Shown here one piece after another: positions 1-13,407 of a stretch of DNA of 64,000 nucleotides (positions are counted from its first letter, which is position 1; each line of letters starts with the position of its first letter). The notes beneath the pieces are model-generated. The model was not told the DNA's origin and searched no databases. It was given only the letters and a program-made list of their open reading frames with translations. The stretch comes from Geosiphon pyriformis uo1. Taxonomy: Eukaryota; Fungi; Glomeromycota. Where the stretch lies: the NCBI GenBank assembly GCA_016748015.1, contig JAAOMT010000630.1:186001-250000 (forward strand), read 5' to 3'. The translations under genes were made by a program, and so were the position numbers.

Positions 1-2
1 CC

Positions 3-479
3 CCAAAAGAGTTCGTTTTTAGCCAAACGGTAATTGACTCGTCAGCCCCACAGTCACCATACACACCTCCACCACAAACGTCAATATCATTCAGATCCAA
101 TGGGTTAACCTTAATTCCAACACCCTCTATTCTCTTGCTCATTTTTGATTTGGATTTGTCGCACAATAAGCTTATTTCAATGTCCTTTCTCGCCAATCTC
201 ATTAATCTTCGTGAAGTCAACCTCAGTTATAATTTAATCTCCGAAATTGAGGGCTTGCGAGAATTAAGATTTTTGAGAAAGCTGAATCTTTGCGCGAACT
301 TAATCTCCAGCTGGAAATCAATAAAAGAAGAATTGATCAACCGAGGTCAAACCCGGGAGGAAAATTGTAAAATCCACCTTCATGGAAATCCTATCAATGA
401 TAGGGATCCTAGTGGTTCATTGAATGGAGATATTAAAAAAATGGTACCGTGGGTTGAAATCATTACCCAGATAGTTTGA
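3..479 (+). CDS. C-terminal part of a leucine-rich-repeat protein (SDS22-like LRRs), 5'-truncated by the window
   Basis: The 135..479 frame is open back to base 3 (PKEFVFSQ...SISFRSNGLTLIP). It has LxLxxNxL repeats DLDLSHNKL, EVNLSYNLI, KLNLCANLI and the cap IHLHGNPI. GC and CpG content are normal and there are no stops. Confidence 0.8.
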   Translation, partial: PKEFVFSQTVIDSSAPQSPYTPPPQTSISFRSNGLTLIPTPSILLLIFDLDLSHNKLISMSFLANLINLREVNLSYNLISEIEGLRELRFLRKLNLCANLISSWKSIKEELINRGQTREENCKIHLHGNPINDRDPSGSLNGDIKKMVPWVEIITQIV

Positions 480-699
480 TACCCTACATTCGATATTTGT
501 CAAACGCCACCAGTATTTTCAAGCAACAAATTCTTTAAGAACGTCATTATGTTTTGAGAATAATCCAAATAGGTCATTTTTTATTAAAAATGATGGTCAA
601 ATTGTTGTAAGGTCTTTTGGGTTCCAAAATCTTCGTTCTAATATATAATTTTTCTAGATTGCAGTGTTATTAGAAAGTTTTATTGTTTTTGTAAAATCA

Positions 700-2408
700 A
701 CACACTTATTAAATCTTGATCGAGATATATTACAATGAAACAAGTGTTTTCAAAAAATTTAATTATATTAAATTAAGATGTTAAATTTTTTTGTTGTAAA
801 TATTAATTATTGTTTGATTTGTAATAACCAAAAAATAAATTTTTGACTTTAAAATATATAGCAATCTTATTTTATTTTTTTAATATTTTATGTTACTTGT
901 TTTATTAACAAAAAATTTTATTTAATTAACTTTAAAAATAAATAACTATTATAATAAAGTTTTATTTGTAAAATTTCAAATTTTGATTTATTTATTTTTT
1001 AATAAAGTATAATTTTATTATTATTTAACAATTTTTAAAATATATATGTTTAATAATAAATGTAATTTATGTATTTTTTACATAGCCAGTTACTTAAATT
1101 TATATTAAGTAAAATTAAAAACCAAAAACAGCTTTTTAATATTAAACTTATTAATAATATAATTTAAAATAAAATAATTTTTTAATATTGTTTATTTAAA
1201 TTTTGGTTTTTTTCTTATTAAAATTAGTTTTTAAAATTTATATTTATATTTTAATTTAATTATATTAATATTATTAATATTATAAAGCTGATTTTATAAT
1301 ATATATAAAATTTAATATATTTTTTTATTTAAAAATATAAATATAAATTTATATATTAATTAATATTAATATAAATAATTTAATTAAAGATTATTTTCTT
1401 AAAAGTTTTTAGCTAATAAATAATAATTTTATTTAAATAATAAATTATAAGTATTTTTTTAAGTAAATTTTTATAATTTAATATTATATTATTATAAATT
1501 AAAGTAGTAAACTAATAAATAACAAAAAAAACTATTAAAAATAATTAAAATAATTAAAAAAAAATTAAATTAAAAAAGTAAATTAAATTTGTAAAAATCT
1601 AATATATATAATTAATTTTAAAATTATAATTACTTGAATTTTTTTGAAAAATAAAAAAATAAAAAAATAGTTTATGATTATTAATAAAATAATAATAATA
1701 TTATTATTTTATGTCTTATTTAAGAATTTTTTTTATTTTTTATTTAACAAATATAACTTAATTATTATCTAATACAATACAACTATATAAAGTTTTAAAT
1801 TAAATATAATTTACATATTTTTTACATATAATCAGCTATTTAATTAATTAAAATAATATTACACGACTAAATTAACAAAAACATTATTATTTATATTAGT
1901 ATAAAATAATAATTAATTCTAAAACCAAAATAAATAGCTTAATCTTTTACTATTTTTAATAATTATCTAATATTCTTTAAAAAACTAATCAATAGTTTTT
2001 TAATAATAACCAATATTAATTACTAATAAATAAATTATTATTTTTTATTTTCAATTAAAGTTTAAGCAACCAAATTCTATTTTTGTGGTTTATTATTAAA
2101 TTGCAAACAAAATCAACTAAATTAAAAGTAATTAATTTTATATCATCATAAATAGTTTAAATTTTTATTAATTATTTTTTAAAAACAAACTTTTTGTATA
2201 AAATTAAATATAAATTAATATTAGTAATACTTAAAAACAAAAATTAAAATACAATAAATAATAACAGATTTATATTATTAAAGACTTTTAAATTACAAAA
2301 TATTCAATTAGCAAATTTTTACAAATAGCAAAATCTAAATTACAAATAAAATTATGATTTAAAAATTTTATTTTTTATAATATATACATAAAATACTCAA
2401 ATAATACT
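700..2408. other. Extremely AT-rich tract, probably a fully decayed TE relic
   Basis: Almost no C/G and no ORFs. It abuts an old LTR fragment at 2409. Confidence 0.5.
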
Positions 2409-2565
2409 TATTATAAAGCTTTTTTTTTAATTATTATATATATTAACTACTAATATTATATAGTTAGCTATTTTATTTTTAAAAAATAATTGATAACCTA
2501 ATTAATAATTTGGTTATTAATTTGCTTATTAACCTAATTATTAATTTAATCAATAATCGGATTAT
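2409..2565 (+). mobile_element. Old decayed fragment of an LTR related to family A
   Basis: ttattatatatattaactactaatattatatagttagcta aligns with the reverse complement of the LTR-A end (ttatcatatgtattagccactgatgtcatataattagcca). Decayed 12-bp repeats follow. Confidence 0.6.
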
Positions 2566-2599
2566 TATTACCAAAAATTTTCTACTCTTTTCTTAATAT

Positions 2600-3315
2600 T
2601 GTTATGGATTGGAGTAATAAGCTAATAGATAGCAAGGGAGAACAGGATTGTAGGGTGATAGAAATAATCAAAGGGGATTCAACTTCAATGAGTGAATTGA
2701 ATAAGTATGGATTCAATGTGCGAGATCAGTCTCATAAAATATCTCAGTTGCTATTCTTTTCAAAAGGTAACAAGAAAATCTGAAGGTAGAGTGATAGTCC
2801 GTACTGTCAACAATTAATTACCACTGGTATAATTTTATGCCTCATGTCAGCACTCTTAGAATTTAATATCAGTGCTTTTTAGTCACATTTATTCAAATAA
2901 TCTTCAAATACTACAATTATATATGTTAGGAAAAGACCAACAAGTAATCTTTTATCCTAAGATGTTCGGATACTTGAAAGTAGAGAAAGAAAAATTAGCG
3001 ATAAGAAAGTAATTGAGATAAAAGTTGTTATTTTTATTTATTTGATTCTTGTCTGAGAGATGATTTTCTATAGTTAAGAGACTCATCGCTTATATAGCTA
3101 TTGAAAGTGGTCAATGACCAAGTCAATGACTAGGTCAATGATCAGGTCAATAATTAAGTTATTGATCAAGTCAATGATTAGGTCAATGATCAGGTCAATG
3201 ATCAAGTCATTGATCAGGTCAATGATCACTATCTAAAAATAGAGTGGCTAATTATATGACATCAGTGGCTAATACATATGATAACTAATAAAAATTATGA
3301 GTTTTAACTATAACA
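2600..3315 (-). mobile_element. Solo LTR, family A
   Basis: TGTTA...TAACA termini with a perfect 4-bp TSD ATAT (2596-2599, 3316-3319). Colinear with the LTR at 36496-37237. Confidence 0.92.
3109..3228. repeat. About 10 x 12-bp tandem repeat (GGTCAATGATCA) within LTR-A
   Basis: Directly visible. The same array occurs at ~37030-37150. Confidence 0.9.
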
Positions 3316-5389
3316 ATATTATTAATGTTATTTTGCTATTAATTTTGTTGTTAATAGAAGTTAATAAATCTTTAATAAGTTGATTTTTTTTCAAAGTATT
3401 TTTTATACTTTAAACTATATATGTTATTAGACTTATAATAGAATAACCAACTTTATGTCAATTACTTGTGTAGTTACTATTATTAAAAAATTTTCTACCT
3501 TTTTTTGAATATTTTTAATGCTATTTTTGCTGTTAATTCTGCTGTTAATAGAAGTTAATAAATCTCTAATAAGCTAATTTTTCTTTTAAAATATTTTTTA
3601 TACTTTGGGCTATGTATACTGTTGGGCTTATAATGAAATAACCAATTTTATATTAATTATTTATATAGTTATTTTGTGGTAAAAGTTAACTTTTTTACAA
3701 AAAAATTTTATCTATAAGTTTTTTAAAAATATGTGTAGTTACTTTGCTGTAAAAATCAATTTTTTTACAAGAAATTTTAACTGTAAACTACCCAATAATA
3801 TAAAAAAAAGAAAAAAAACTAAACTAAACTAAAAATAAAAAATAAGAAAATATGTCAAAAAAGTTATTTTAGATTCAAACCTTAAAATTATTAATAATTA
3901 TTAAAATTAGTAGTTAATTAATTTTAAACTGTTAATATAAAATAATTAAGAATTTTTTCAAAATAAGTTTTATTAAAATTAATTTGTATAAAAAATATTA
4001 AAAGAAATATTAATTCTAATTAAAATAAATTCTAACTGAAATACATTTTTTCAAAAAAATAAGTTTTTTTTTTATATAATTTATTATAATATTATTCTAT
4101 AATTTAGTATTCTTTTTTTTTTAATTTTTTGATAAACTAAAAATATATTTTATCAAACTATAAGTTATTTTTGTAAACTATAAATTATTTTGGTAAACTG
4201 TTAAATATTTTATCAAATTTCTAAATATTTTGGCAAATTCTAAATGTTATATAATTCAATATATTATATGATCTAATTATTGTAATTTGGTTTTATTTGT
4301 GTTTTATATAAATTGAGTTATTAATTAAATAATAATTAAAATAATTTAATAAAATAATAAGTAATAAATTGAAATAATAATATATGTTAATTAATAATAA
4401 AAATTATAAGAATAATTTTATGTTAAATAATATTTCAAATTTTGGTTGGTAATATAATCATTTTTTTAAGACTAAATTCTATTAAAGTTTAAATATTATT
4501 TGTAATTTCTAGATAATAATCCAAAATTATCAAAAAAATTTGGTTTGAAAATTGTTAAAATTTTAGTTTTATAAGCTTTTTAATATATTAAATTTTCAAA
4601 TATTGTAAAATTGGATTTTATAAAATGTTTTTACAAGTATAAAATAAATTATAAAGTTTAAAAACTGTTCTAAGTTTATAATAGGTATTTATTAGTTTGG
4701 CTATTGTCTTAAATTTGTTGTAAAGTTGTTTTTGAATAGTTTTAATTATAAGATTTATTGTTTTGAGCTTCAGTCTTTTTTTATAAAGTGTTTTTTTAAT
4801 ATAAAAATATTTATAGATTGAAAAGTATTTATTGTTTTGTTTATTAAAATACTGTTAAATTTTTTGTTAAATTGTAGTATTTGGTAAAATACTAATAGAA
4901 GTAAATATTAAATTTTCTCTTAAAGCTTGCTTTAAAAGTTTTGATAAGTAAATTCCAGAATAATTTCTTGTATTTTTTCTATAAGAGTAGTAATTTTATG
5001 AATTTGTGAGTAAAATTGTAACTAATTTTGTCTAAATATAATTAATGTGTTTTTTAGTAATAATAATAGATAATTCAGATAGTATTTTTAAGATTAAAAT
5101 TAATTTTTGAGATAATTGTTGAATATTTTGAGAAATAGTTATGATAATTAATTAAAAGTAAAAAATTAAAATTATTTTTGATATGTGAGTTTTTATATTA
5201 TTTTTGTTTTGTTTTTTTGTGCTGTTTGTTTTGTTTTTGTGAAATTGTTTCTAAATTATAAAAAATAAATATAGAGAAAATTAAAATTTAAATATTAAAT
5301 ATTCAGATTTAAAAGTTGTTTAATAACAATTATTTGGTTTTAAATATTAAGAAATATCTTTAAAATTAACTAAAAAGAATTATGTACTA

Positions 5390-7640
5390 ATTTATAGAAT
5401 TAAGAGTTTAAAATTAGTTCTAAATTGATAGTATTTCAGTTTGTTATTATGTACAACTTTCTTTAAAATCTTATTATTAAGTCTTAACTTGTATAATTTA
5501 TTTCTTAAATTTTTGTATATATAAAATAGTCTGTTTTATTTATAATTAAATTTTCTATTTTATTGTTTTTTAGTCTTAGTTCTATATAAAAGAATTTTAT
5601 TTCTAACTTTAAATTTTTTGCTAGCTGGTAATAGTTTGTTGTTATGTCAATTTTTTTTTTAAGCTTAAAAATATTTTATATAAATAGCTATAATTTGTTG
5701 TTTTTTTTTGGTATATTAAAAAATATATAAGTTTTTTATTGTAGTATTTTCTAAAAGTTGTTTTCTGTAATTGGCTGAACTGAATAAGATTTTATCATAA
5801 AATTAATTAGTAATATTGATGTTTTTTTATATATCAGATTAAATAGTATGTGTTTTGTGATATTTTGTTTTAGTGTTCTATATATTAGTAATATAAATAA
5901 AATAAAGAAATTCTATTTTTGTTCAAAATTTGTTAAGATTTTGGCTAATAATTTACAAATCTATTTGTTTATGAATAATAAAACAAAAATAAAGGTCTTT
6001 TGATATTAAATTGTTCACGAATTTTTTTGTATTAGGTTGTTTATAAAATATGTTTCTTGATTAGATAAAAGTTTAATTAAATATTTGTGTTTACAAATAA
6101 TGGTGTTACCAGAGGTTTTTGGTCTCTTTTCCTAAATGTTGTTGATGCCTGTTTGCTGTGAATTCACGTTTTCTGAATGTGGTTGAACTTCCAGTAACTG
6201 AATTTATCTTCAAATTATCTCCTATAATTTGAACTGCTGGGCTTATAAGTGGAATGGCCAATTCCATGCCAGTTACTTGTGTAGTTACATTGTAGTAAAT
6301 GTCAACTTTTTTCTAGGAAATACTTGTCTGGAAGCTCACTAAAATGTGTAGTTACTTTATTGTGAAAGTTAACTTTTCTACAAGAATTCTCGTCTGTAGA
6401 CTACTCAAATGATTTATAATAAGAAAAGAAAGAGAATAAAAGAATTGTAAAAGAAAAGTAAAACTGATAATTTATGGAAGTTATTTCAGATCCAGGCCTA
6501 GAAGTGCTTTAACAGTTTACTGAAATTGGTAGCTAGTCAATTTCAAACTGTTGGTAAAAATTGGTTAATTTCAAGGGAAATAATTAAGAATTTGGCTTTT
6601 CAAATTTATTTAATATTTATTTTGTTTTGTGTATAAAGGATGATTCTAATTGTTAAATCTGAAGTAAGATACATTTTCTCAAAGAGAGAAGCTCTTCTTT
6701 TATACAACTTGTTATAACACTATTCTATGAACTTGAACTTTGCTATTTTCTTTAATTTTACTGAACTAGAGATACATTTTGGTGAACTACAAGTTATTTC
6801 TGCAAACTATTAGATATTTCAGTGAACTATCAATTATTTTGGCGAATTTCTACAAATTTCGGCAAACTTTTTGAATGTTACATAGTTCGGTGTATTGCAT
6901 GATTGATCATCACAATTAGGTTATATTTGTGTTATGTACAAATTGGGTTATTAATTAAGTGATAATTCGGACATTTTTGCTAATATTATAAGTAATAATT
7001 TGAAATAATAATATATGTTAATTAATGATAGGAATTATAAAGATAATTTCATGCTAAATAATATCTCTAATTTCGTCTGGTAACAATAGTTTTATAAATA
7101 AAATTTGCCACTAATTTTGTATTTGTTTATTGAATTGCTCTTGCTTTAAACTATTTTGTTAAATAATTTACTGTAATTGCAATATATTAATTTCTTTGAA
7201 TTATAATAAATAGTGGTTTGACTAAATTAATACCAATTTAATCAAAAATTTATTCTATTTTAATTGAATTTAGGAATTTTGTAAAGTGTGTTTTTTTTTT
7301 CTTTGACAACTATTACAAAATTTAATATATTAGTGGATATCTCTTTTTATTTGAAGCCAAAAATAGTGTTTGAATATTTTTTGGATTATATTATCTCTTC
7401 TAAAATATGTTAATAAAAAATTTAAATACATATTATATAAGATTGTTTTTTTTTTGTTTTTTAAATTATTCTAAATAAATTGTTTAAGTTTTTGTAATTT
7501 TAATAATAAATAATATTATTGTGTAAAAAATATTGTTTTATTTGTTGTTGTAATTAATGTTTTTTATTTAAAAATCAATTTTTTAGTAGTATAAATGTTT
7601 CTAAATATTATTTTAGATTGTTATAATTTTTAGAATTTAT
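5390..7640 (-). pseudogene. Integrase relic of the family B element, interrupted by the solo LTR at 6104-7085
   Basis: Starts (M>I)NSKNYNNLK*YLET and ends with a decayed GPY/F region, KFNYK*NRLFYIYKNLRNKLYKLRLNNKILKKVVHNNKLK. Confidence 0.6.
6104..7085 (-). mobile_element. Solo LTR, family B
   Basis: Perfect 10-bp terminal inverted repeat TGTTACCAGA...TCTGGTAACA. TSD is ATGG/ATAG (one G>A). Confidence 0.9.
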
Positions 7641-7719
7641 TGTTTGTTGTTGGTTATTGTTAATTTGATTGAATAATATTTGGAAATTTATAATTTTGTC
7701 TTATTTTTGAAAGATAATC

Positions 7720-8580
7720 AATATTAATATACAGCTTTTTTAGTTTATAATATATAATATATTAGTAATTTACAAGAAATTCTGTCTATTGAATTTGTTT
7801 TGTATTTAATTTCAAGTTTTTGTTCTGTAACTATTTAAGTTTAATATTATTAGTAATAACATTAAATTTTTTAGACTTAAAATACAAATTAAAATAATAT
7901 AGGACCCAAATTACTGCTGCTATTTCTAGTTTAATAACAGAATAATATTTTTTTACTAGTTTTAATGTTTTGCTAACATAAACAATTACTTGTTTATTGT
8001 TATTGTTATCTAATTATAATAAAATAGTACTAAAAACAGTATAAAAAGTATTTGTAATTAGTTAAAATTTGTTGCTAAAATCTAAATATACAAGAATTAG
8101 AACTATTGTAAGTTTTACTTTAAGAGTTTCAAAAATCTGTTGTTGTTTAGCTGTTTATTTGTATTTAACATTTTTGTTAGTTAAGTAGTTCAAATTTTGT
8201 AATTTTTGAAAATTCTTGATAGTAAGATACTAATTTAGTAATATTTTATAAAACTTTAAAGTTTTTGACAATGCTAATTTTTTTTGAATTAAATTTAATT
8301 TCTTTTCTATTAATAATATAACCAAAAAAAGCCAAGCTGATTTTTTATTGAAAAATTTTTTGTAGATAAATTAAATAAGCTTTAAATAATAAAAAATAAA
8401 TATTAATATTATCAAAATAAACAACTACTGATTTTTAAATAAATTGATGGCTTTTTAGAGCAACTTAATAGAATTGTTGTTGTCTTGGTTTAATATTATT
8501 TATATAGATTTGGTGTTAAATCAAATTAGTTTTTTTTAAATAATAGTTATTTTAGTAAATATATTAGCATATTTAATAAT
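7720..8580 (-). pseudogene. RT (internally deleted) and RNase H relic of the family B element
   Basis: Decayed motifs: KTNLI*HQIY, VVYFDNINI (YxDD), ILVYLDFSNKF*LITNT, FNVITNN. Confidence 0.6.
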
Positions 8581-8833
8581 TAGTTTTTTTTTTGTTTTTT
8601 TTATTACGTGTTTTATGAGTAAAGTCTAACTGCTGTCTAGTATACAAAGCCAAACTAAGAGATCCAGACTAAATACAGCTCACGCACTTATTATATGTGG
8701 CTAGCCATTCAGGCCAGACAAGACAACACTACACATCTATAATGACTTGAGGACTGAAATCCAAACCAAAAAAAAAAAGTTTAGGCCTATGACAGCCAAA
8801 GCTAACAGAAAAAGAACCCAAAACACCAAGCAT

Positions 8834-11800
8834 CTAAACCACACCATCAGACAACACAAATATCTTGCAATGTGACAAACCTGATATCACCCTATCATTT
8901 TCAACTAACCCAGTCTTTTCTATGCTTATCTTATAACCAGATCTCACCAGCCAAACCCTACTATGATGTAGCTCAACAACACTCCTTACAAAATTGACAA
9001 CAACACTAACAGCCATTTTCCTAACTTCAAAAACCTCAACAGCCTCTGAGCACTAATTACTTATGACAAATCTCTTACACAAAACTGAATACAAACTGAC
9101 ATTTGAGAAACAACAACCAAGAAACTGTAGAACAGCAGAAGAAGACAAGACATGAGAACTCATCAAAAAAACCCAAGACGCAGCAGCCTTAGCAAGAATC
9201 TCATCTTGGACACCAGCATCCATGGCACAAGAAAACACATAATTGAGCAACTCCACCTCTTTACACAATAAGCACAGCACACCAGAGTAACTTTTATCAT
9301 ACAATCTCTTTTGAATAGCCATAAGGAGTTGATGGTGCACAGCTTTTATCAAATACGACTGTAGCACAGAAAACTTCCAGCTAGTAGATCCAGCAAGCAT
9401 GTGTGAGTCAGGGTGTTACACTCTTGAGGTAGCACTCCAGTCCACACATTTGATCAAACTACTTCAAATCACATCACAGCCAGGCCCAGCCTTCCAATAT
9501 GCCCAGCACACAGACTTAAACAGATCCCTAACAAAATAGCAGGCATTGCCAGACATAATCATACTTTCAGTAATTAAAAGCCATTCCCGCACCCTAATGG
9601 GCAAGGAAAACTGAGAACATGCAGCAGCATCAGCTTTAATGTTGTCACAAACACCAGAATGACCTTTAACTTTGACCCAGCTTATGCTCAAATCTTTTTT
9701 CCTAATTAAATCAAAAATGTAACATCTCTTCACCCAGCATGGAACTTGGAAATCAGGTACTAGATGAAACAACTTAGAGACACATACATCAATGGCAGCT
9801 TGGCTATTAAAGTGTACTGTTACTGTACTAGAAGATGAAACACATTTCAATGCCAAAGCAACAGCCTGTAACTCGGCCAAGGTAGAAGACATCAAACCAT
9901 GGATCCTAACACCAATACTATGGTTGATAGCAGAAAAATATACAGCAACACCACCAGCAACACTAGAAAAGCCAAAATTTTTTAGCAAACCATCTGTAAA
10001 AATCTCAAAAGAACCAGACCATAACTTGTGTAAACTACTATACAAATCAGAAAACTCCTCAGAAGCCAGAATGTTCAAACCAGAAAGTTAATTGGCTCTA
10101 GCCAGACTAGATAACAAAGCATCACCATTATGCAAAAACCTAGATGTGAAATCAAATCAATGAGGGACAGGCCCTCTTGGATCAAGCCTTTTTCACTGGC
10201 AAAAAGTCTTCCAATCCATTACATGACCCTTTTTGTCAAGCAACCTGTCTCCAAAGGCAACACCAAATTACTTTAAAAAACAAACAAAACCAAAGTAAAA
10301 AGTACTCCCCAGCACCAATAACATAAAAAAATTACCAGAATCATGAAAAGTGCAAGGCAGGTTATTTGCCAAGGACAGCTCATTATTCAAAAAAATCTTA
10401 ACCATACCAGCCAAAAAATTGTTTACAGGACTAACATACAACTTAACAGGGAACTACAAAGGATCCAAAAAAGCCCAACCCAGAATCTGCAAATCCAGGA
10501 ATCTATGATCAAACAAACACCCCAAAATGTCCAAAGCATTAGAAAACGTGACCATAGCAGCCAATTTGTTCTCAGCCTGTATTTGCTTGAAAAATTTCAG
10601 GCCATACAATGAGGGATAATGCAAAGCTGCATCAGGAAAGTCATGAAAAAGACCAGCTTTAAGTTTAAGACCCTTTCTGACCAAGACATCTCACTTGTGG
10701 CACACATTCAAAGAAACAAAGCTGAATTGAATACAGTAGTTGACAATAGACTGTAAGACAGCTGACACTAAATATGAGAACTGCTTATCTGTAATAGCCT
10801 TTCTGAGCACTACATTGGCAAAAAAATGAACATCTGAATGAGCCTTGGCCAAACTAGGCTTAGACAAGCCCTTTGTTGACAAAAAAATCCCCAAATATCT
10901 GTGTGTTTCATCTCTTTCGGCAATAAAAATTGGCTGCCTATTAATATCCAGAGAAGCAATCTTAACACCCTGATTAATAGGAATGGTCACAGTTTTCTCA
11001 CTATTAATGGAAATATCATTAATCAAAAAGAATTCACTAGCAATGTTCAAGGCATACTGTATTAATGCTTGGCAATCTTTAATCCAAATAGTGTTATCAA
11101 CAAATGTCCCAGCCACAAAAAAGGAAGACATCTTACTACTACTCTCAACTCTGTCCAATTTAGCCACAAACTTAGTATTAATTCAGTACCCACACAAATG
11201 CTCATGCCTTTTAACTTTACACAATAGCAGATTATAAAAAATCCTCCAAAGAAAAGGTGAAAAAACTTCACCCTGATCCAAACCATCATGTACTCTATAA
11301 CCATTTGAAAGACCAAAATTGGTCATCACCCTGTTAATTCTATTCTTGTGAATATTGCCAAAAAACTTGATAAACCTGTCACACATCTTGATATGCTTTA
11401 GGCTAGCCTTTAAGTGGTGTCAACCAACAGAATCATATGTCTTACACATATCCTACAAAACCAACCAAAGTTCCTTATTTTTCTCAAGAGTGTTTTTAAC
11501 TACTGACCCAACAGCAAACACCAGAACTTGAGTAGAGGTACTCTTTAACACTAAAAAATTGTTGCTGTGAAAAACACCAAACTTGCTACAAGCAAAAAAA
11601 ATTCTATTAAAAAGAATCTTGGAAAGAATTTTTCTGGCTGTCTCAATTAAAGTAATAGGGTAGGTATTTGTAAGAATTTCATCTCAATCATAAGGTTTAG
11701 AGATCATCGAAACCTATGTTCTCTTCCACAAGACAGGCATTGCACCAACAAAGAGACATTTATTTAATAACACCAAAAGACACTTCATTACACTCTCGCT

Positions 11801-13407
11801 ACCATGCTTCCAAAGTTCATTCAAAATGCCAAACAAGCCAGTGGCTTTGCCATCAGACAGACCACCAACAACTACAAGCAACTCACTTATGTTGATCACA
11901 TTTATTACACCAGAAAAAGTATTATCTCTAACATAGTCCAATAGTGCATATTGGTAAGCCCAGAGGTCAGACAGTGCAGAAAGCACCACACATTTTCTTA
12001 TCCAACCTTCTATAATCTTTTCAACATTTAATCTTACCCCATTTGGATCCAACACCAGCTCATCATCAACCACCAAGTGATCCAACATTACTTTCTGAAA
12101 GAGTTTATCCAAAACACTTCTGATCATACTGCCCTTGTCCGAATAAAACTTCTCTATGTATTTCTCAATAGCTGCTTTGATAGAAGCCTTCTGCACCAAT
12201 TTCAATTCATATATTTTGGACTTCCTGTATCTTTTCCTAACAATTGACAAATATTTAAGAACATCCATCATTTTTTGATTAACATAAACTATGTTTTTTA
12301 ACACACGAGCCTTATTAGCATCTAAAGTTGACCATTTTTCAACAAGGCAATTGAACCTGAAAGTGTCATTAGATTCCAACCTTTTGACAATCTTAACAAC
12401 CAACAATTCCAATCCCAGAAATTTAGAAGACTGCTTATTTTTTGAACACTAAAAATTACTAAACCAAAGCCTAAAAAAAATCTTATCTGCAGAACTTACC
12501 AATGCCCCTTTTAGTAGTGACCACATAGTATCTAAATTATGATCTGTAGCTGTGGTGAAAAACTTAACTTTTATTATTAGAATCCTGGCAGAGGAGTAAT
12601 CTCTAAAGCAAAACCACCCAGTACTATCTGCATTCTTGATTTTGAACTTTCAACAATCCTTGTTAGCTTGTTTGTGCAAACCATTCAACTAAACATCTAG
12701 GAGCCCACCCAAACTAACTAATACTGTCACAGTATTGTGGTTTGTATCAAAGAAATCAGAAACAGAACTGATCCAACATTTCACAACAGTGAAAAATAGA
12801 CTCTCACTAACAAAAATGTAATCAATGGTCCTCTTAACACTTCTTGAATTGCACCACGTAAGAGCTTTAATTAAATAATGACCATTAAATGAATTAACCA
12901 GACCCAGACTTGAACAGAACTTGAAACTTACACTTTTCTAGACCCACACTTATTAAAATCTCCACCCAAGACCATGAAAGTACTGGTGTTAACAGCTTTA
13001 GCAATGATAGAGTTAACCTCAGATGCTTGCCCAAAATAGATGCCAGCAGAAACACCAGTGTACAAACCAAAAACAGACACCAAGAGCTTGCTCTTGAACA
13101 GAAGCCGCACCGAAATAACCTGACCAGGAACTACTTTAACCTTAGAAACATGACAAGTCAAAGAATTGTCCATGACAATAGCAACACCAGCATCAAGATA
13201 CCCAACATCCAAACCAAAAGTAAAAATCCAAACTCCATCATATTTATTCTTGATCCAAAGCCCAGAGGAAGACCTCAACTTTGTCTCAGTAACAAAAGAA
13301 ACTGTATTCCCAGAACTTATATGCCAGCAAACAATATCCACTTACTTTGCAGGAACATTGATATCTTGAACATTGCACATAGCAAATTTCCAAACCAAAC
13401 CACTCAT
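8834..13407 (-). pseudogene. LINE ORF2 (APE endonuclease, RT, RNase H, C-terminal Zn finger)
   Basis: VTETKL, GGDFN, GLDQGEVFSP, TFVDNTIW, IFTDGL, STLAELQAVALAL, WVKVKGHSG, CLLCKE. Many premature stops. Confidence 0.9.

Larger units (their letters stand above)
2566..4454 (-). repeat. 3' LTR of the family B element, split by a solo LTR-A and with an internal ~190-bp duplication
   Basis: Ends tattacca...ttggtaata are decayed TGTTACCA...TGGTAACA. It is homologous to 6104-7085 and, in reverse, to 26513-27564. Confidence 0.75.

Noticed and set aside
700-2400. Mitochondrial or endosymbiont DNA insertion
   Set aside because: No RNA genes or ORFs. The composition fits the end point of the TE decay gradient.
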